From assembly GCA_964512095.1 (NCBI GenBank), contig CAZEIH010000002.1, forward strand, positions 104,263 to 168,262: a stretch of DNA of 64,000 nucleotides. The letters run 5' to 3'. Origin of the DNA: an uncultured Oscillospiraceae bacterium. GTDB taxonomy: Bacteria > Bacillota > Clostridia > Acetivibrionales > DTU013. This document shows positions 9,454 to 19,209 of this stretch, piece by piece (the stretch's first letter is position 1; every line of letters begins with the position of its first letter). Both the position numbers and the translations under genes were made by a program. A model generated the notes under the pieces. That model saw only the letters and a program-made list of their open reading frames with translations. It ran no database searches and was not told where the DNA came from.

Positions 9454-10554
9454 TCACTCTTGAACTTTTCTAAATATCTCTTCTATGTCGGTAGCCTGAA
9501 CAGCCCTTACATTAAACGAAGTGCTTCGCTGGCTAATTGTTATGGCTGCATATTGCTCTATCTCCTCATCTGTAAGGAAAGGCCCTTTTCCTATTAGCGA
9601 TGCAATAAAGGTATCAAATTCATCTATATCGGTCAAGCTCAGCATAGTCAGAATATTATCTATTTTATCAGGCACATGGCTGTAATTGTATCTCAGATAT
9701 TCGGCCATTAGATAGCCGTTAGCCTTCCCATGAGGGATACCCTTGAAGTATGTATAGTTGTAGCCTGCACCATGTACTATTGTAGTACCTGTTTGTGCGA
9801 TAACCATACCTCCCAGCATTGATGCGTACAAAAGCACTCCACGGTCTTCACGGCTAACCTGCCCCTTTGCAAGACCCTCCATACATCTCCCGAAAAGTCC
9901 GATTCCTTTCTCTGCGAGAACATCACTTGCAGGTGCGCTTCTGTTGCTCAAATAACCTTCAACGCAGTGAGACAGAGCATCTATGGCAGTATTTACTGTC
10001 ACCGACTGTGGCTGACTTTCTGTATAAAGGGGGTCGAGAAACGCCACTGCCGGAAACGTGTCAGGTGTTCCGAAGCTTCTCTTTGTTTGCAAATCAGCTC
10101 TTGTCAATATGGAGTAGGGTGTAACTTCGCTTCCGGTGCCAGCTGTAGTGGGAATTGCAACAATCGGTAAAGGCTTGTTGGCAAATTTGTTCTCGAACAG
10201 CTGCTCAGGCTCAATATCATTTACCGCAAGTACAGCCACAGCCTTTGCAGCATCCAGTGGTGATCCGCCACCTATACCGATCACAAAGCATGTTCCATAC
10301 TGTCTGGCGCTAACTCCTGCCTCCTTAACATTGTCGGTGGATGGATTGTTTTTAACCTTGTCATATATTACAAAGTCAATCCCAAGCCCATTTAGGATAT
10401 CACATACATCCTTCAGTGCCCCACTGGCCAATGCTGACCTGGCTCCTGTTATTATGAACGCTTTTTTGCCAAGGTCGGCCAGCTCGATTCCGTATTGCTT
10501 TACACAAGCTTCTCCAAAATAGACCTTAACAGGCATATGAAATTTAAACTGCAT
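9454..10554 (-). CDS. iron-containing (group III) alcohol dehydrogenase
   Basis: Motif GGGSPLDAAKA and His-rich metal-site regions. Start ATG at 10554 has AGGAGG 6 nt upstream. The ORF-track start at 10578 is probably an extension. Confidence 0.88.
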   Translation of the reverse strand: MQFKFHMPVKVYFGEACVKQYGIELADLGKKAFIITGARSALASGALKDVCDILNGLGIDFVIYDKVKNNPSTDNVKEAGVSARQYGTCFVIGIGGGSPLDAAKAVAVLAVNDIEPEQLFENKFANKPLPIVAIPTTAGTGSEVTPYSILTRADLQTKRSFGTPDTFPAVAFLDPLYTESQPQSVTVNTAIDALSHCVEGYLSNRSAPASDVLAEKGIGLFGRCMEGLAKGQVSREDRGVLLYASMLGGMVIAQTGTTIVHGAGYNYTYFKGIPHGKANGYLMAEYLRYNYSHVPDKIDNILTMLSLTDIDEFDTFIASLIGKGPFLTDEEIEQYAAITISQRSTSFNVRAVQATDIEEIFRKVQE

Positions 10555-10725
10555 ATTGAGCCTCCTAAACCCCGTCATCTAAAAACAAAATCAGTCTATA
10601 GACCTAAGGAATGTCTAACGCCTCACTCTATTATACTACTTATTATCTGTTAGCAGATATTAATTATTTACCAATCCTTCACAGGCAAGATTTACAGCAT
10701 AGGAAATGATACGGGAAATCATCTA

Positions 10726-10754
10726 TTGAATATCTTCCGAATATTACTTATAAT
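10726..10754 (+). promoter_or_regulatory. sigma-A-type promoter (TTGAAT-N17-TATAAT) for the zinc-ribbon gene
   Basis: -35 TTGAAT at 10726-10731 and -10 TATAAT at 10749-10754, with a 17-nt spacer, about 58 nt upstream of ATG 10812. Confidence 0.5.
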
Positions 10755-10811
10755 AGTTATGTAAATGTATACTTGGACTTATACGTTATTATGAATGGAG
10801 GTATTACAAAC

Positions 10812-11288
10812 ATGGCATTTTTCGAAAACCTTGGGAAGAAGATTGGTGAAACTGCACAGGCTGCCGCAAAGAAGTCAAGTGAAATAGTTGAAACCACTAA
10901 GCTCAATGCTAATATCAGCTCAGAAGAAGACAAAATACACAAGCTATATTCACTTATCGGAAAAACTGTTTATGAAAAATTCAAAGAAACAGGCAGCACT
11001 GAAGAATATTTACAGGAATCCTGTGAACAGATTGTAGCTCACGAACAAAATATAAGTGGGCTGAAAGAGAAAATAGCCGAAGTAAAGGGTATTAAATCAT
11101 GCGTAGGCTGCGGTTCTGAAATGGAAAGAGCTCAGGTGTTCTGTTCAAAATGTGGTGCTAAGAATGAAGTTGTTCAAGCTCCTGTGGAAGATGTTGCAGC
11201 TGAAGAGCCTACAGCAACATGTCCCTCATGCAATTCACCACTGGCAGCCGGTTCAGCATTCTGTACAAACTGTGGTTCAAAGCTTTAA
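10812..11288 (+). CDS. double zinc-ribbon domain protein
   Basis: N-terminal helical half, then two CxxC..CxxC pairs (CVGCGSEM..CSKCG; CPSCNSPL..CTNCG). ATG at 10812 follows GGAGG. Confidence 0.7.
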   Translation: MAFFENLGKKIGETAQAAAKKSSEIVETTKLNANISSEEDKIHKLYSLIGKTVYEKFKETGSTEEYLQESCEQIVAHEQNISGLKEKIAEVKGIKSCVGCGSEMERAQVFCSKCGAKNEVVQAPVEDVAAEEPTATCPSCNSPLAAGSAFCTNCGSKL

Positions 11289-11312
11289 TGTTGGAGGAGT
11301 AAATATATTAAT

Positions 11313-11340
11313 GGCGGGGTGTATACACCCCGCCATTTTA
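11313..11340. terminator. bidirectional rho-independent terminator between the zinc-ribbon gene and cphA
   Basis: Perfect 22-nt palindrome GGCGGGGTGTATACACCCCGCC (11313-11334) flanked by A/T-rich runs, sitting between convergent stop codons. Confidence 0.8.
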
Positions 11341-11350
11341 ATTGGATCGG

Positions 11351-14023
11351 CTAACCTACCGCAGAGTTTTCCAACTCAGTCTCCGTCTTCCGATCATGAT
11401 TATTTCCCGAACCTTTTTCAGCTAATGCTCTACGACACTTTTCAATCACATCTAGAGCAGCCTCAAATTCCTCATAAAACATAATAATCATTTCACCAGG
11501 CACAGCGTTCATAATGGCTACCTCCAGGGCCTTTTCCTCGTTATGAATAATAGCTGTCATAGCCTTGTCTATACCTGAACCTACCGCAGCACTATACAGC
11601 AGGTCAGCTACTTCCCCTACATTTCTGCCCCTGAGGTCCCTGTCCTCCTTAATATAAAGCTTAGAAAACCATCGTCCACAAAGCTTACCTACGTCACTAA
11701 TGCTCTCATCTCTTCTATCTCCCGGCATACCGATTACGCCGGTATAGATTGAAGCATCAAACCTCTTTGCCATTTCAATAGCAGCGCTGTAACCGGCTAT
11801 ATTGTGACCATAATCAAGCATAACAGAGAATTCGCCCATTTCAAAAATATTAAGTCTGCCTGGATTGTTTGAGGTATCAGGTTTAAATCCCGATATTCCT
11901 TCCCTTATCCTCACTGGGGAGATCCCCATAGCAAATAGCGACGAAACTGCAGCTAGGGTATTTTCTATGTTGCAGATAGCCTTTCCGCCATATGTCACAG
12001 GAATATCCTCTATGGCTCCAATAAGTATTTCATCATACCCTGACGAAATATAAACTGCACCTGCTCTAACATACACTGCCTTGTTTCGATTCTTAATCGC
12101 TTTTTGAACCAACAGGTTGTCATAATTAGTAGCAAATAATATAGACCCACAACTAATTCTCTTCAATATTGCAGGTGTCATTTTGTCGTCAGCATTCAGA
12201 ACCACAGTTCCGTCAGGTTTGACTGCCTCTGCTACAAGGGACTTAACCTTTGTAAGATCATCAATTGTGTTTATTCCATCTATGCCTAGATGGTCATCGC
12301 TTATGTTGACAATCACCCCTACATCAGCAAGGTCATAGCCTAGGCCACACTTTATGATACCACCTCTTGCAGTTTCAAGAACAGCAGCTTCGACTCTTGT
12401 ATCCTTCAATACCGTCGCAGCGCTTAACACACCCGTATTGTCACCTTTTAGTATACATTCTCCTCCGATATAAATACCACTTGTACTAGTCATTCCTACA
12501 ACAGTCCCCTCCAGGCCTAGGGTATGTGCTATCATTCTTGTGACTGTAGTTTTTCCGTTTGTACCGGTAACTGATACAATAGGAATGCTTGAGGGCTGAC
12601 CCTGAGGGTACATACAATCAAGTATGTTACCTGCAACATTTCTTGATATGCCCTCGGTGGGGTATATGTGCATTCTCAGCCCCGGCGCCGCATTAACTTC
12701 AATAACTGCACCATTATCTTCTTCCAATGGCTTTGAAATATCTCTACAGGTTATGTCTACACCTGCAATATCAAGCTCCATCAATTTTGCAGCCTTTATC
12801 GCCATCTCCGCATTGTGCGGATGAACCACGTCTGTACAATCACTTGCAGTACCACCAGTGCTTAGATTTCCATTGAAACGCAGTATAACCTTTTTATTAG
12901 GGGCAGGTATGCTATCTTCATTATATCCGCTTTTAGCCAACACCTGCCTTGACATATCGTCAATCCTTATTATGGTCAGGGGCTTTTCGTGGTCAGCACC
13001 TCTTAAGGGATTGCGATTCTCAATGTCCACCAGCTGTCTGATGGTATTGATACCGTTGCCTATCACAAATGGCGCTTTCCGCTCTGCCGCAGCCACCACT
13101 TTCCCACCTACAACAAGGAGTCTGTAATCATTTCCCGGAATATGCTTTTCCACAAGTACAGCCTGACTGTATCTAGTAGCTGTCTCAAATGCTTCTGCCA
13201 GCTCCTTCTTACTAGAAATGTTAGTAAATACCCCCTTACCTTGATTTGCGTCAAAGGGCTTTACTACAACAGGCCAACCAATAGTTGCAGCAGCCACCAT
13301 GACTGATCTGAGGGTATAGGCTATATCTCCCCTTGGCACAGTTATTCCGGCCTCGAATAGTATCTGCTTTGTCAGATGCTTGTTGCATGCTATATCTACT
13401 GCCACACAGCCACACCTGTCCGTCAAGGATGCTTCAATATACCTTGTGTATTTTCCATTCCCCAACCGTAGTACACTGGAATGCTCTAGGCAGGCTACAG
13501 GAATTTTCCTCCTACGGGCTTCTTCGAAAATCGATCCCGTACTGGTTCCCAGATCTGATTCAGCAGCAATCTGCCTCAGATGATCAGAAATGACATCTAT
13601 ATCTGGCATTTCACCAGCTATGAGCATGTTTATGATTTCTACAGATACCAGCAGACACTCAATTGCCAGCTTCTCATTTTTATACTCGAAGGCCAAATAG
13701 TAAACTGAAGGCTTGTCGGTGGCTCTGCTTTTTCCATAGTTAAGCTCATACCCCATGATGCTTTGCAGTTCGAGAACCATATGCTCTGTTACATGTGTAA
13801 GATATGTTCCCTCCTCAAGTCTTTCAACAAATCCTCCTTCATAGCCTCTGGAACAAACATGGCTTTTTAAACCAGGCAGAATTCTTAATAGCTGTTCATT
13901 GAATCCATCTATTTGCTTTGTCGCTGTATCATACAAATTTCCCAAATCTACTACAGCCTTGATAACAGGTTTATGACTATGAATATTCCTGCCTTTATAA
14001 GGCTGTATACTTATAATATCCAC
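11351..14023 (-). CDS. cphA: cyanophycin synthetase
   Basis: 890 aa with a CphA-type N-domain (MDIISIQPYKGRNIHSHKPVIK...), a central ATP-grasp and a C-terminal Mur-ligase-like domain (VTGTNGKTT). Confidence 0.93.
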   Translation of the reverse strand: MDIISIQPYKGRNIHSHKPVIKAVVDLGNLYDTATKQIDGFNEQLLRILPGLKSHVCSRGYEGGFVERLEEGTYLTHVTEHMVLELQSIMGYELNYGKSRATDKPSVYYLAFEYKNEKLAIECLLVSVEIINMLIAGEMPDIDVISDHLRQIAAESDLGTSTGSIFEEARRRKIPVACLEHSSVLRLGNGKYTRYIEASLTDRCGCVAVDIACNKHLTKQILFEAGITVPRGDIAYTLRSVMVAAATIGWPVVVKPFDANQGKGVFTNISSKKELAEAFETATRYSQAVLVEKHIPGNDYRLLVVGGKVVAAAERKAPFVIGNGINTIRQLVDIENRNPLRGADHEKPLTIIRIDDMSRQVLAKSGYNEDSIPAPNKKVILRFNGNLSTGGTASDCTDVVHPHNAEMAIKAAKLMELDIAGVDITCRDISKPLEEDNGAVIEVNAAPGLRMHIYPTEGISRNVAGNILDCMYPQGQPSSIPIVSVTGTNGKTTVTRMIAHTLGLEGTVVGMTSTSGIYIGGECILKGDNTGVLSAATVLKDTRVEAAVLETARGGIIKCGLGYDLADVGVIVNISDDHLGIDGINTIDDLTKVKSLVAEAVKPDGTVVLNADDKMTPAILKRISCGSILFATNYDNLLVQKAIKNRNKAVYVRAGAVYISSGYDEILIGAIEDIPVTYGGKAICNIENTLAAVSSLFAMGISPVRIREGISGFKPDTSNNPGRLNIFEMGEFSVMLDYGHNIAGYSAAIEMAKRFDASIYTGVIGMPGDRRDESISDVGKLCGRWFSKLYIKEDRDLRGRNVGEVADLLYSAAVGSGIDKAMTAIIHNEEKALEVAIMNAVPGEMIIMFYEEFEAALDVIEKCRRALAEKGSGNNHDRKTETELENSAVG

Positions 14024-14088
14024 AAATTTTTCCTCCTATTTTATCAAAGACGAAAATCTCTCAGCCCTCAGAATCTCAGAGGCCTTCC

Positions 14089-14931
14089 TCAACCGACAGA
14101 ACCATTCTGTCTGTCAAGAAGCGACATCTTGTCCTTTACCCGTAGCACACTCCTGTCTGTCAGGTCATAACCATAGCCCGCAGGGAGCACATGTAATACA
14201 ATATTGGCAATGGCAAGATTTTCGTCAGGCATTAGTTCAGAAACATTAGAGCTCTTGATAGTCCTTCCGTCTACAACAGTAACCGAATTGCTTCCAATTA
14301 CCTCAAAATGGTCGTCGGGAAACACCCTAATTGCGGTATCCTCATCAATCCCGATGCCAAGAATCGAAGGATTCTCTGCAACACCGCACAGCAGCCTGCC
14401 TATTCTGCCTCTTTGATGAAAATGCTGATCAATGAGTGCCCTTTCCAAAAGTCCCAATCCCGGAGCCATCTTAAGGGTGCACTTCCTTGCGGGATCATTA
14501 TTATTTCCATCTACAATCATCGTTCTGCTCATAGCGGAAGCTCCCGCACTGGTTCCTGCAATGATTGCACCGGATTTATAAGCATTGTGCAGTGCTTCAT
14601 ATACCCTGGTACCGCCCAAGATACTTGTTATTCTGAGTTGATCTCCTCCAGTGAAAAAAACGCCTGACGAACTAGCTATGAGCCTTGCATTCACCTCTTG
14701 ATCTGCATCATCACGGGAGTTAATGTTTAAAAAGCTCGTTTCCCGGGCTCCCATATCCACAAAAAGCGCTTTATACTGATTTCCTGCCTCAACAGGATTT
14801 TCTGTTGCAGTGGTGATTATTGTAACTTTTGCTCCAGATGCGCCAGCCAGGTCTACAAATGACTTCAGAATAAGACATTCTCCTGCCTTATCTTCAGCCC
14901 CGCCTATTATAATTAAATTACCTAAATTCAT
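14089..14931 (-). CDS. cphB: cyanophycinase (peptidase S51)
   Basis: Motifs IIIGGAEDK, FFTGGDQ and the nucleophile motif GTSAGAS. Start chosen at ATG 14931; the ORF-track start is 14967. Confidence 0.9.
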   Translation of the reverse strand: MNLGNLIIIGGAEDKAGECLILKSFVDLAGASGAKVTIITTATENPVEAGNQYKALFVDMGARETSFLNINSRDDADQEVNARLIASSSGVFFTGGDQLRITSILGGTRVYEALHNAYKSGAIIAGTSAGASAMSRTMIVDGNNNDPARKCTLKMAPGLGLLERALIDQHFHQRGRIGRLLCGVAENPSILGIGIDEDTAIRVFPDDHFEVIGSNSVTVVDGRTIKSSNVSELMPDENLAIANIVLHVLPAGYGYDLTDRSVLRVKDKMSLLDRQNGSVG

Positions 14932-15019
14932 TCTGCTCACCGTCTTCCCCGTGTTCACACGGAACATCCTAAAGCGTCCCAGGCGCCCATTATTTCAATG
15001 CATCAGACGGGCGCAAATA

Positions 15020-15295
15020 CTAAACGCCCATGGCATTTTTCAGATAATCATAGATTGTATTGTTAAACATCAGACCAATTGCCATCAGCATAATACTTGC
15101 AGCAACTAAGGGCATACCCGCCCTGCTTCCACCTTTACTAATTCGTATGCCCAGAATTATTGCCACCAAGCCAAAGATAAATGGGTATTTCACTAATGAA
15201 GCTACCGCTGCCAACCATCCCCCTACGCAACACAGTATGATGCCTACACTCGAAAAGGTTCTGCGTAATTCACAGCTTTGGTCCACTTTGTCCAT
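15020..15295 (-). CDS. small membrane protein (2-3 TM) inside the cyanophycin cluster
   Basis: 91 aa with hydrophobic segments GIILCCVGGWLAAVASL, FIFGLVAIILGI and LVAASIMLMAIGLMF. Confidence 0.5.
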   Translation of the reverse strand: MDKVDQSCELRRTFSSVGIILCCVGGWLAAVASLVKYPFIFGLVAIILGIRISKGGSRAGMPLVAASIMLMAIGLMFNNTIYDYLKNAMGV

Positions 15296-15367
15296 TCAAT
15301 CACCTCAGTATTTATTCTTTTAAAGTAAAGTATCGTATATGCATACCAATGTGTGTAAATTTGTGTG

Positions 15368-16501
15368 CTAATTAACAGCAAGCCTGTTTTTATAATCAAG
15401 GAGTACATTCCCTTTTGATATTAAAATTTCCGGCATAAAGGAAGCCTTACCCACCAATAAAATATCTGCATCGCTTCCGGCTGCTATTCTGCCCTTTGCA
15501 GGATAGAGCTTCAGCACCTGGGCGACATTTTGCGTTACTGTTCTTAATATCTGAGGCAAGGGCAGGCCATAATCCTTGACAGATGACATAAAATCGTTAT
15601 ATAAATCCATTACACTCCCGATCTCAGTATGGGACTCTCCGGCACCGCTGCCATTCCCGTCAGAGGATACTGTAACATTCTCAAGGCCTGTTCCTGTATT
15701 TAGTAGCCTTTTCAAGCAATCCGGTACACCAACACCTACATCAGTATTTTCTCCGGCAGTCAGGTCAATAATTCCTCCATTGTTGTGATATAGTATAGCC
15801 TGCTCCAATAGCACCTTACTCCTATTCATGTGGGTTGGAACAAACATTGAAACTGGAAAATCCGTGGCTTCCAGCAGCTCCAAAAGTGGCTTCAGACCTG
15901 ACTTACCATCCCCCACATGCAAGTGAACAATACCAGCCTTCCCACCTAGCATTCCACCGGTAATAGCCTCATGAGCCAGCTTTGCAAGCTCATCGCAGGT
16001 AGGATATGAGGATCTGAAATCTGAAATAGCTATTTCCCCTGCCCCGATGACTTTGTCGATTATAGCGATATCAGTCAAAACCCTTCCTGTAATCGTAACT
16101 GGCGGTACCCCATAGTTCCCTGTGTACGTATAAGCAGTCAGTCCCTCCGCATCAAGTGAGCGTGCTTTCATTAGCAGTCCTTCCATGCTTTTTCCAACTC
16201 CATCATCACCTAGTACACCCACCACTGTTGTTATTCCCGCCCTAATTAGCTCCGATGCAGCTAAAGGCCCTATAATGCTTTTAGGCCCCCGCTCACCGCC
16301 ACCACCGGTAATATGTACATGTTGGTCAATAAGCCCCGGAAACGCCATCATATCGCCACAGTCCACGGCTTGTATCTGTAGAGCCTTTACCCCTTCAATC
16401 CTTTGAGCTATCTGAGCTATTTTATCAAATGCTATGAGAATGTCTTGCTTCCCAATATATTCAGGTGTGTATATTTCAGTATTCTTTAACAGCTTGAACA
16501 T
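15368..16501 (-). CDS. iadA: isoaspartyl (beta-aspartyl) dipeptidase
   Basis: 377 aa. DQHVHITGGGGERGP matches the IadA metal-site signature. Context with cphA/cphB supports the call. Confidence 0.88.
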   Translation of the reverse strand: MFKLLKNTEIYTPEYIGKQDILIAFDKIAQIAQRIEGVKALQIQAVDCGDMMAFPGLIDQHVHITGGGGERGPKSIIGPLAASELIRAGITTVVGVLGDDGVGKSMEGLLMKARSLDAEGLTAYTYTGNYGVPPVTITGRVLTDIAIIDKVIGAGEIAISDFRSSYPTCDELAKLAHEAITGGMLGGKAGIVHLHVGDGKSGLKPLLELLEATDFPVSMFVPTHMNRSKVLLEQAILYHNNGGIIDLTAGENTDVGVGVPDCLKRLLNTGTGLENVTVSSDGNGSGAGESHTEIGSVMDLYNDFMSSVKDYGLPLPQILRTVTQNVAQVLKLYPAKGRIAAGSDADILLVGKASFMPEILISKGNVLLDYKNRLAVN

Positions 16502-16712
16502 TCGTATGTCTCTCCCCAGTCTATTCCTTTACCTAGCATATTCTTCTTGTTTCAGAACTTTAGCTACTACAATATAATATTTTTCACCGTTATAACCGTT
16601 GATATTCATTTACATTTTTCGACATATAAATTACAAATACATTAAATTTTTTATATTTTCATAATGTTAAGAGATTATGATATATTTATTAACAATACTG
16701 GCATTATTTGAT

Positions 16713-16741
16713 TTGATAAACTAATTTACATCTGTTAAAAT
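16713..16741 (+). promoter_or_regulatory. sigma-A-type promoter with extended -10 (TTGATA-N17-TGtTAAAAT) for the lexA-like gene
   Basis: TTGATA at 16713-16718 and TAAAAT at 16736-16741, preceded by TGT. Confidence 0.5.
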
Positions 16742-16742
16742 G

Positions 16743-16771
16743 TTTTGTATTATGTAAAGTAAAATACAAAA
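16743..16771. promoter_or_regulatory. candidate operator: 9-bp perfect inverted repeat TTTTGTATT-N11-AATACAAAA
   Basis: Arms at 16743-16751 and 16763-16771. It sits immediately after the -10 and ends 5 nt before the lexA-like ATG at 16777 (2 nt before the alternative GTG at 16774). Confidence 0.4.
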
Positions 16772-16776
16772 GGGTG

Positions 16777-17418
16777 ATGAAATTGGTATCTAATTATAGC
16801 AGTTTAACCGCTAAGCAAAAAAAGGTTTATGCGGTTATCGAAAACTATCTTGCTGTCAATGGTATTCCTCCGACAGTCCGCGAAATTGGTGAATTAGTTG
16901 GTGAAAAAACTCCTGGAGCAGTTCAGGGAATACTTAACAGGCTTGAGCAAAAAGGCGTCATAAAAAGGCAACTGGGTGCCGCAAGATCTATTCAACTAGT
17001 CTCAGAAAATGATCAAATGTATAGTAAGCCGGTGTTTATTCCGAAAATAAAAAGAATCACAAAGAGAAACCTGGATAATCTCACAAGTATTTATAATATT
17101 GAGAGATATATACCTTTTGCTCCGGAGGTGCTTACAGAAAATACCAACATTTTTCTGTATGAAGCCCCCAATGATGGACTTGAAGAAAGCGGATTTACAT
17201 CAGACGCTACAATTCTGGTCAATCAATCAGCAGAGCCTATCGAAGGTGATATAGTCTTGGTATTTTTCGAAACACGGGCAATTTTGAGAAGGTATTATGG
17301 CAAAGAGGACGGTATGCTTGTTCTCAAGGCAGATTCAAGTATTGTTGATAAAGAAAATTTCCAGCCTGATGAAATTATAGTAATCGGTAAGGTCGAAGGC
17401 AGATATACGAGATTCTAA
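16777..17418 (+). CDS. LexA-like repressor with a degenerate (non-catalytic) S24 domain
   Basis: LexA wHTH (PPTVREIGELVG..GAVQGILNRLEQKGVIKR). In the S24-like C-domain the GDSM serine position reads NDGL and the TVKR lysine position reads ILRR. No Ala-Gly site is visible in the linker. Confidence 0.7.
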   Translation: MKLVSNYSSLTAKQKKVYAVIENYLAVNGIPPTVREIGELVGEKTPGAVQGILNRLEQKGVIKRQLGAARSIQLVSENDQMYSKPVFIPKIKRITKRNLDNLTSIYNIERYIPFAPEVLTENTNIFLYEAPNDGLEESGFTSDATILVNQSAEPIEGDIVLVFFETRAILRRYYGKEDGMLVLKADSSIVDKENFQPDEIIVIGKVEGRYTRF

Positions 17419-17426
17419 AAAACCAA

Positions 17427-17462
17427 AAAAGGTCCGGCTCATTGAGTCGGACCTTTTCTTTA
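17427..17462. terminator. bidirectional rho-independent terminator (lexA-like / oppA convergent)
   Basis: AAAAGGTCCGGCTCATTGAGTCGGACCTTTT with T-runs on both strands. Confidence 0.75.
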
Positions 17463-17468
17463 TCATTT

Positions 17469-19067
17469 TTATGCTGTAGGAACTGTTGCGTACATGAAGT
17501 ATTTGTAACCCAGAGGTGAGGAATAAAAGCCCTCGATCTTCTGGTTCAGAAGGAACAGGTCTACATAGTAGTATATGGGGCTGAGCATGCTCTCTTCAAA
17601 AATGATGTCTTCTGCATCATGCATCAGCTTGTAGCGTTCTGTGGCGTCAGTTGATGCCTTTACCTTCCTAATAATTTCATCATACTGTGTATTACTCCAC
17701 TGAGCATCATTATTTCCGCCACCTGTTATCCACATATCCAGGAAGGATATTGGATCGTTATAGTCACCGAGCCATCCGTTACGCGCGATGAAATATTCGC
17801 CGTTCTTACGGGTATTGAGGAATGTGTTCCACTCCTGGGAAACAAGCGTTACGTTTACGCCAATCTGCTTCCACATATCCTGCAGAGCTTCGCCTATCTG
17901 CTGATGCGCTGTGGTATCATTGTACAGGTATTCCATTGTGGGAAGGCCTTGGCCATCGGGATATCCTGCATCAGCAAGGAGCTTCTTTGCTTCAGTAAGG
18001 TTCGCTTCATTTGCCGCCTTAGTAGGATCGTAATAATTTCCACCTACACTACGGAATTCCTTTGTAGTATCTGAATCCGACAGACCTGTAGGTACAAATG
18101 CACCTGCAGGCTCCTGACCGGACTGGCCTATGTTGATACATATGAAATCACGGTCGATTGCAAGGGTCAAAGCCTTACGGACCCTAGGATCATTAAGAGG
18201 AGCCTTCTGTGTATTAAAAGAAACATAATATGTTCCCAGCTGTCCTTCGAGGTTGAATTCCGGTTTGCTCCTCCATGCTTCTATCTCATCATTGGGCATA
18301 GAATCGGCAAATAGTATCTCTTCCTGTTTGAATGCATTCAATATCGCATTATCATCTTCCATAAGAACAAACTTGATTTTCTCAGTTCCCAGGTTTTTAT
18401 AATCCCAATAGTTCTTGTTCTTTTCATAGATCATGTGTGATCCGGGAACCCATTCAGTCATCTTATATGGACCATTGCCAACATACGTCTTAGGGTCTAC
18501 TGCCCAAGCCTCGCCGTTTGCATCTATAAGATCCTGGCGTACCGGCGCATATGTCGGGAACGCACAAAGCTCAAGGAAGTATGGAACTGCATTACTCAGC
18601 TTAACAATAAATGTTTTGTCATCGGGAGCAGTAATGTTCAGTTTACCATCCTCATAGCCATCAATAACCTCAAACATGTATTCGTAGTCTGCTGCCGTCT
18701 CCGCTGAGATAGCACGGTTCCATGAATAAACAAAATCACTTGCAGTCAGAGGCTCTCCATCGCTCCATTTGAGACCGTCACGGAGGTGGAATGTATAAGT
18801 TGATCCATCTTCACTGACATCATATTCCTTAGCCTGACCAGGCACAGGAACGCCGTCCTTGTCAAGAGTCATAAGGCCTTCAAATCCGTGGATGATTAGT
18901 GTGGCTCCATCAACAGATGAGTTTAGTGCCGGGTCGATAGTGTCTGGATCAGGTCCGACACATACCGTAAGCACATTAGCCTTCCCTGCGTTGCCACCGG
19001 CACATGCAGCGAAAATCAGACTGCTAATCAGAACTAATGAAATCAGTAGTACTACTTTGCGTTTCAT
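17469..19067 (-). CDS. oppA: peptide ABC transporter substrate-binding lipoprotein (SBP family 5)
   Basis: Start ATG at 19067 after AGGAGG. Lipobox signal MKRKVVLLISLVLISSLIFAAC and a family-5 SBP body. Confidence 0.88.
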   Translation of the reverse strand: MKRKVVLLISLVLISSLIFAACAGGNAGKANVLTVCVGPDPDTIDPALNSSVDGATLIIHGFEGLMTLDKDGVPVPGQAKEYDVSEDGSTYTFHLRDGLKWSDGEPLTASDFVYSWNRAISAETAADYEYMFEVIDGYEDGKLNITAPDDKTFIVKLSNAVPYFLELCAFPTYAPVRQDLIDANGEAWAVDPKTYVGNGPYKMTEWVPGSHMIYEKNKNYWDYKNLGTEKIKFVLMEDDNAILNAFKQEEILFADSMPNDEIEAWRSKPEFNLEGQLGTYYVSFNTQKAPLNDPRVRKALTLAIDRDFICINIGQSGQEPAGAFVPTGLSDSDTTKEFRSVGGNYYDPTKAANEANLTEAKKLLADAGYPDGQGLPTMEYLYNDTTAHQQIGEALQDMWKQIGVNVTLVSQEWNTFLNTRKNGEYFIARNGWLGDYNDPISFLDMWITGGGNNDAQWSNTQYDEIIRKVKASTDATERYKLMHDAEDIIFEESMLSPIYYYVDLFLLNQKIEGFYSSPLGYKYFMYATVPTA

Positions 19068-19209
19068 ATAATATCCTCCTTTAATTTTTTCAGTACATAT
19101 GTACCGTATTCTATTAAAATGCAATATTCAGGGGTAAAACACCAAACCGAATTCCTATTTGTTATAATCCCCCTGAATTACAGTATTTAATACAGTGAAA
19201 ATTTGTATT

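Noticed and set aside
19094-19192. 12-bp palindrome GTACATATGTAC (19094-19105) and an 8-bp inverted repeat TTCAGGGG..CCCCTGAA (~19140-19190) between oppF and oppA, plus a partial CodY-box-like AATTTTCA
   Set aside because: These may be an mRNA stabiliser or operator for the distal oppA cistron. The matches are short and I cannot distinguish them from chance in AT-rich DNA without genome-wide motif statistics.
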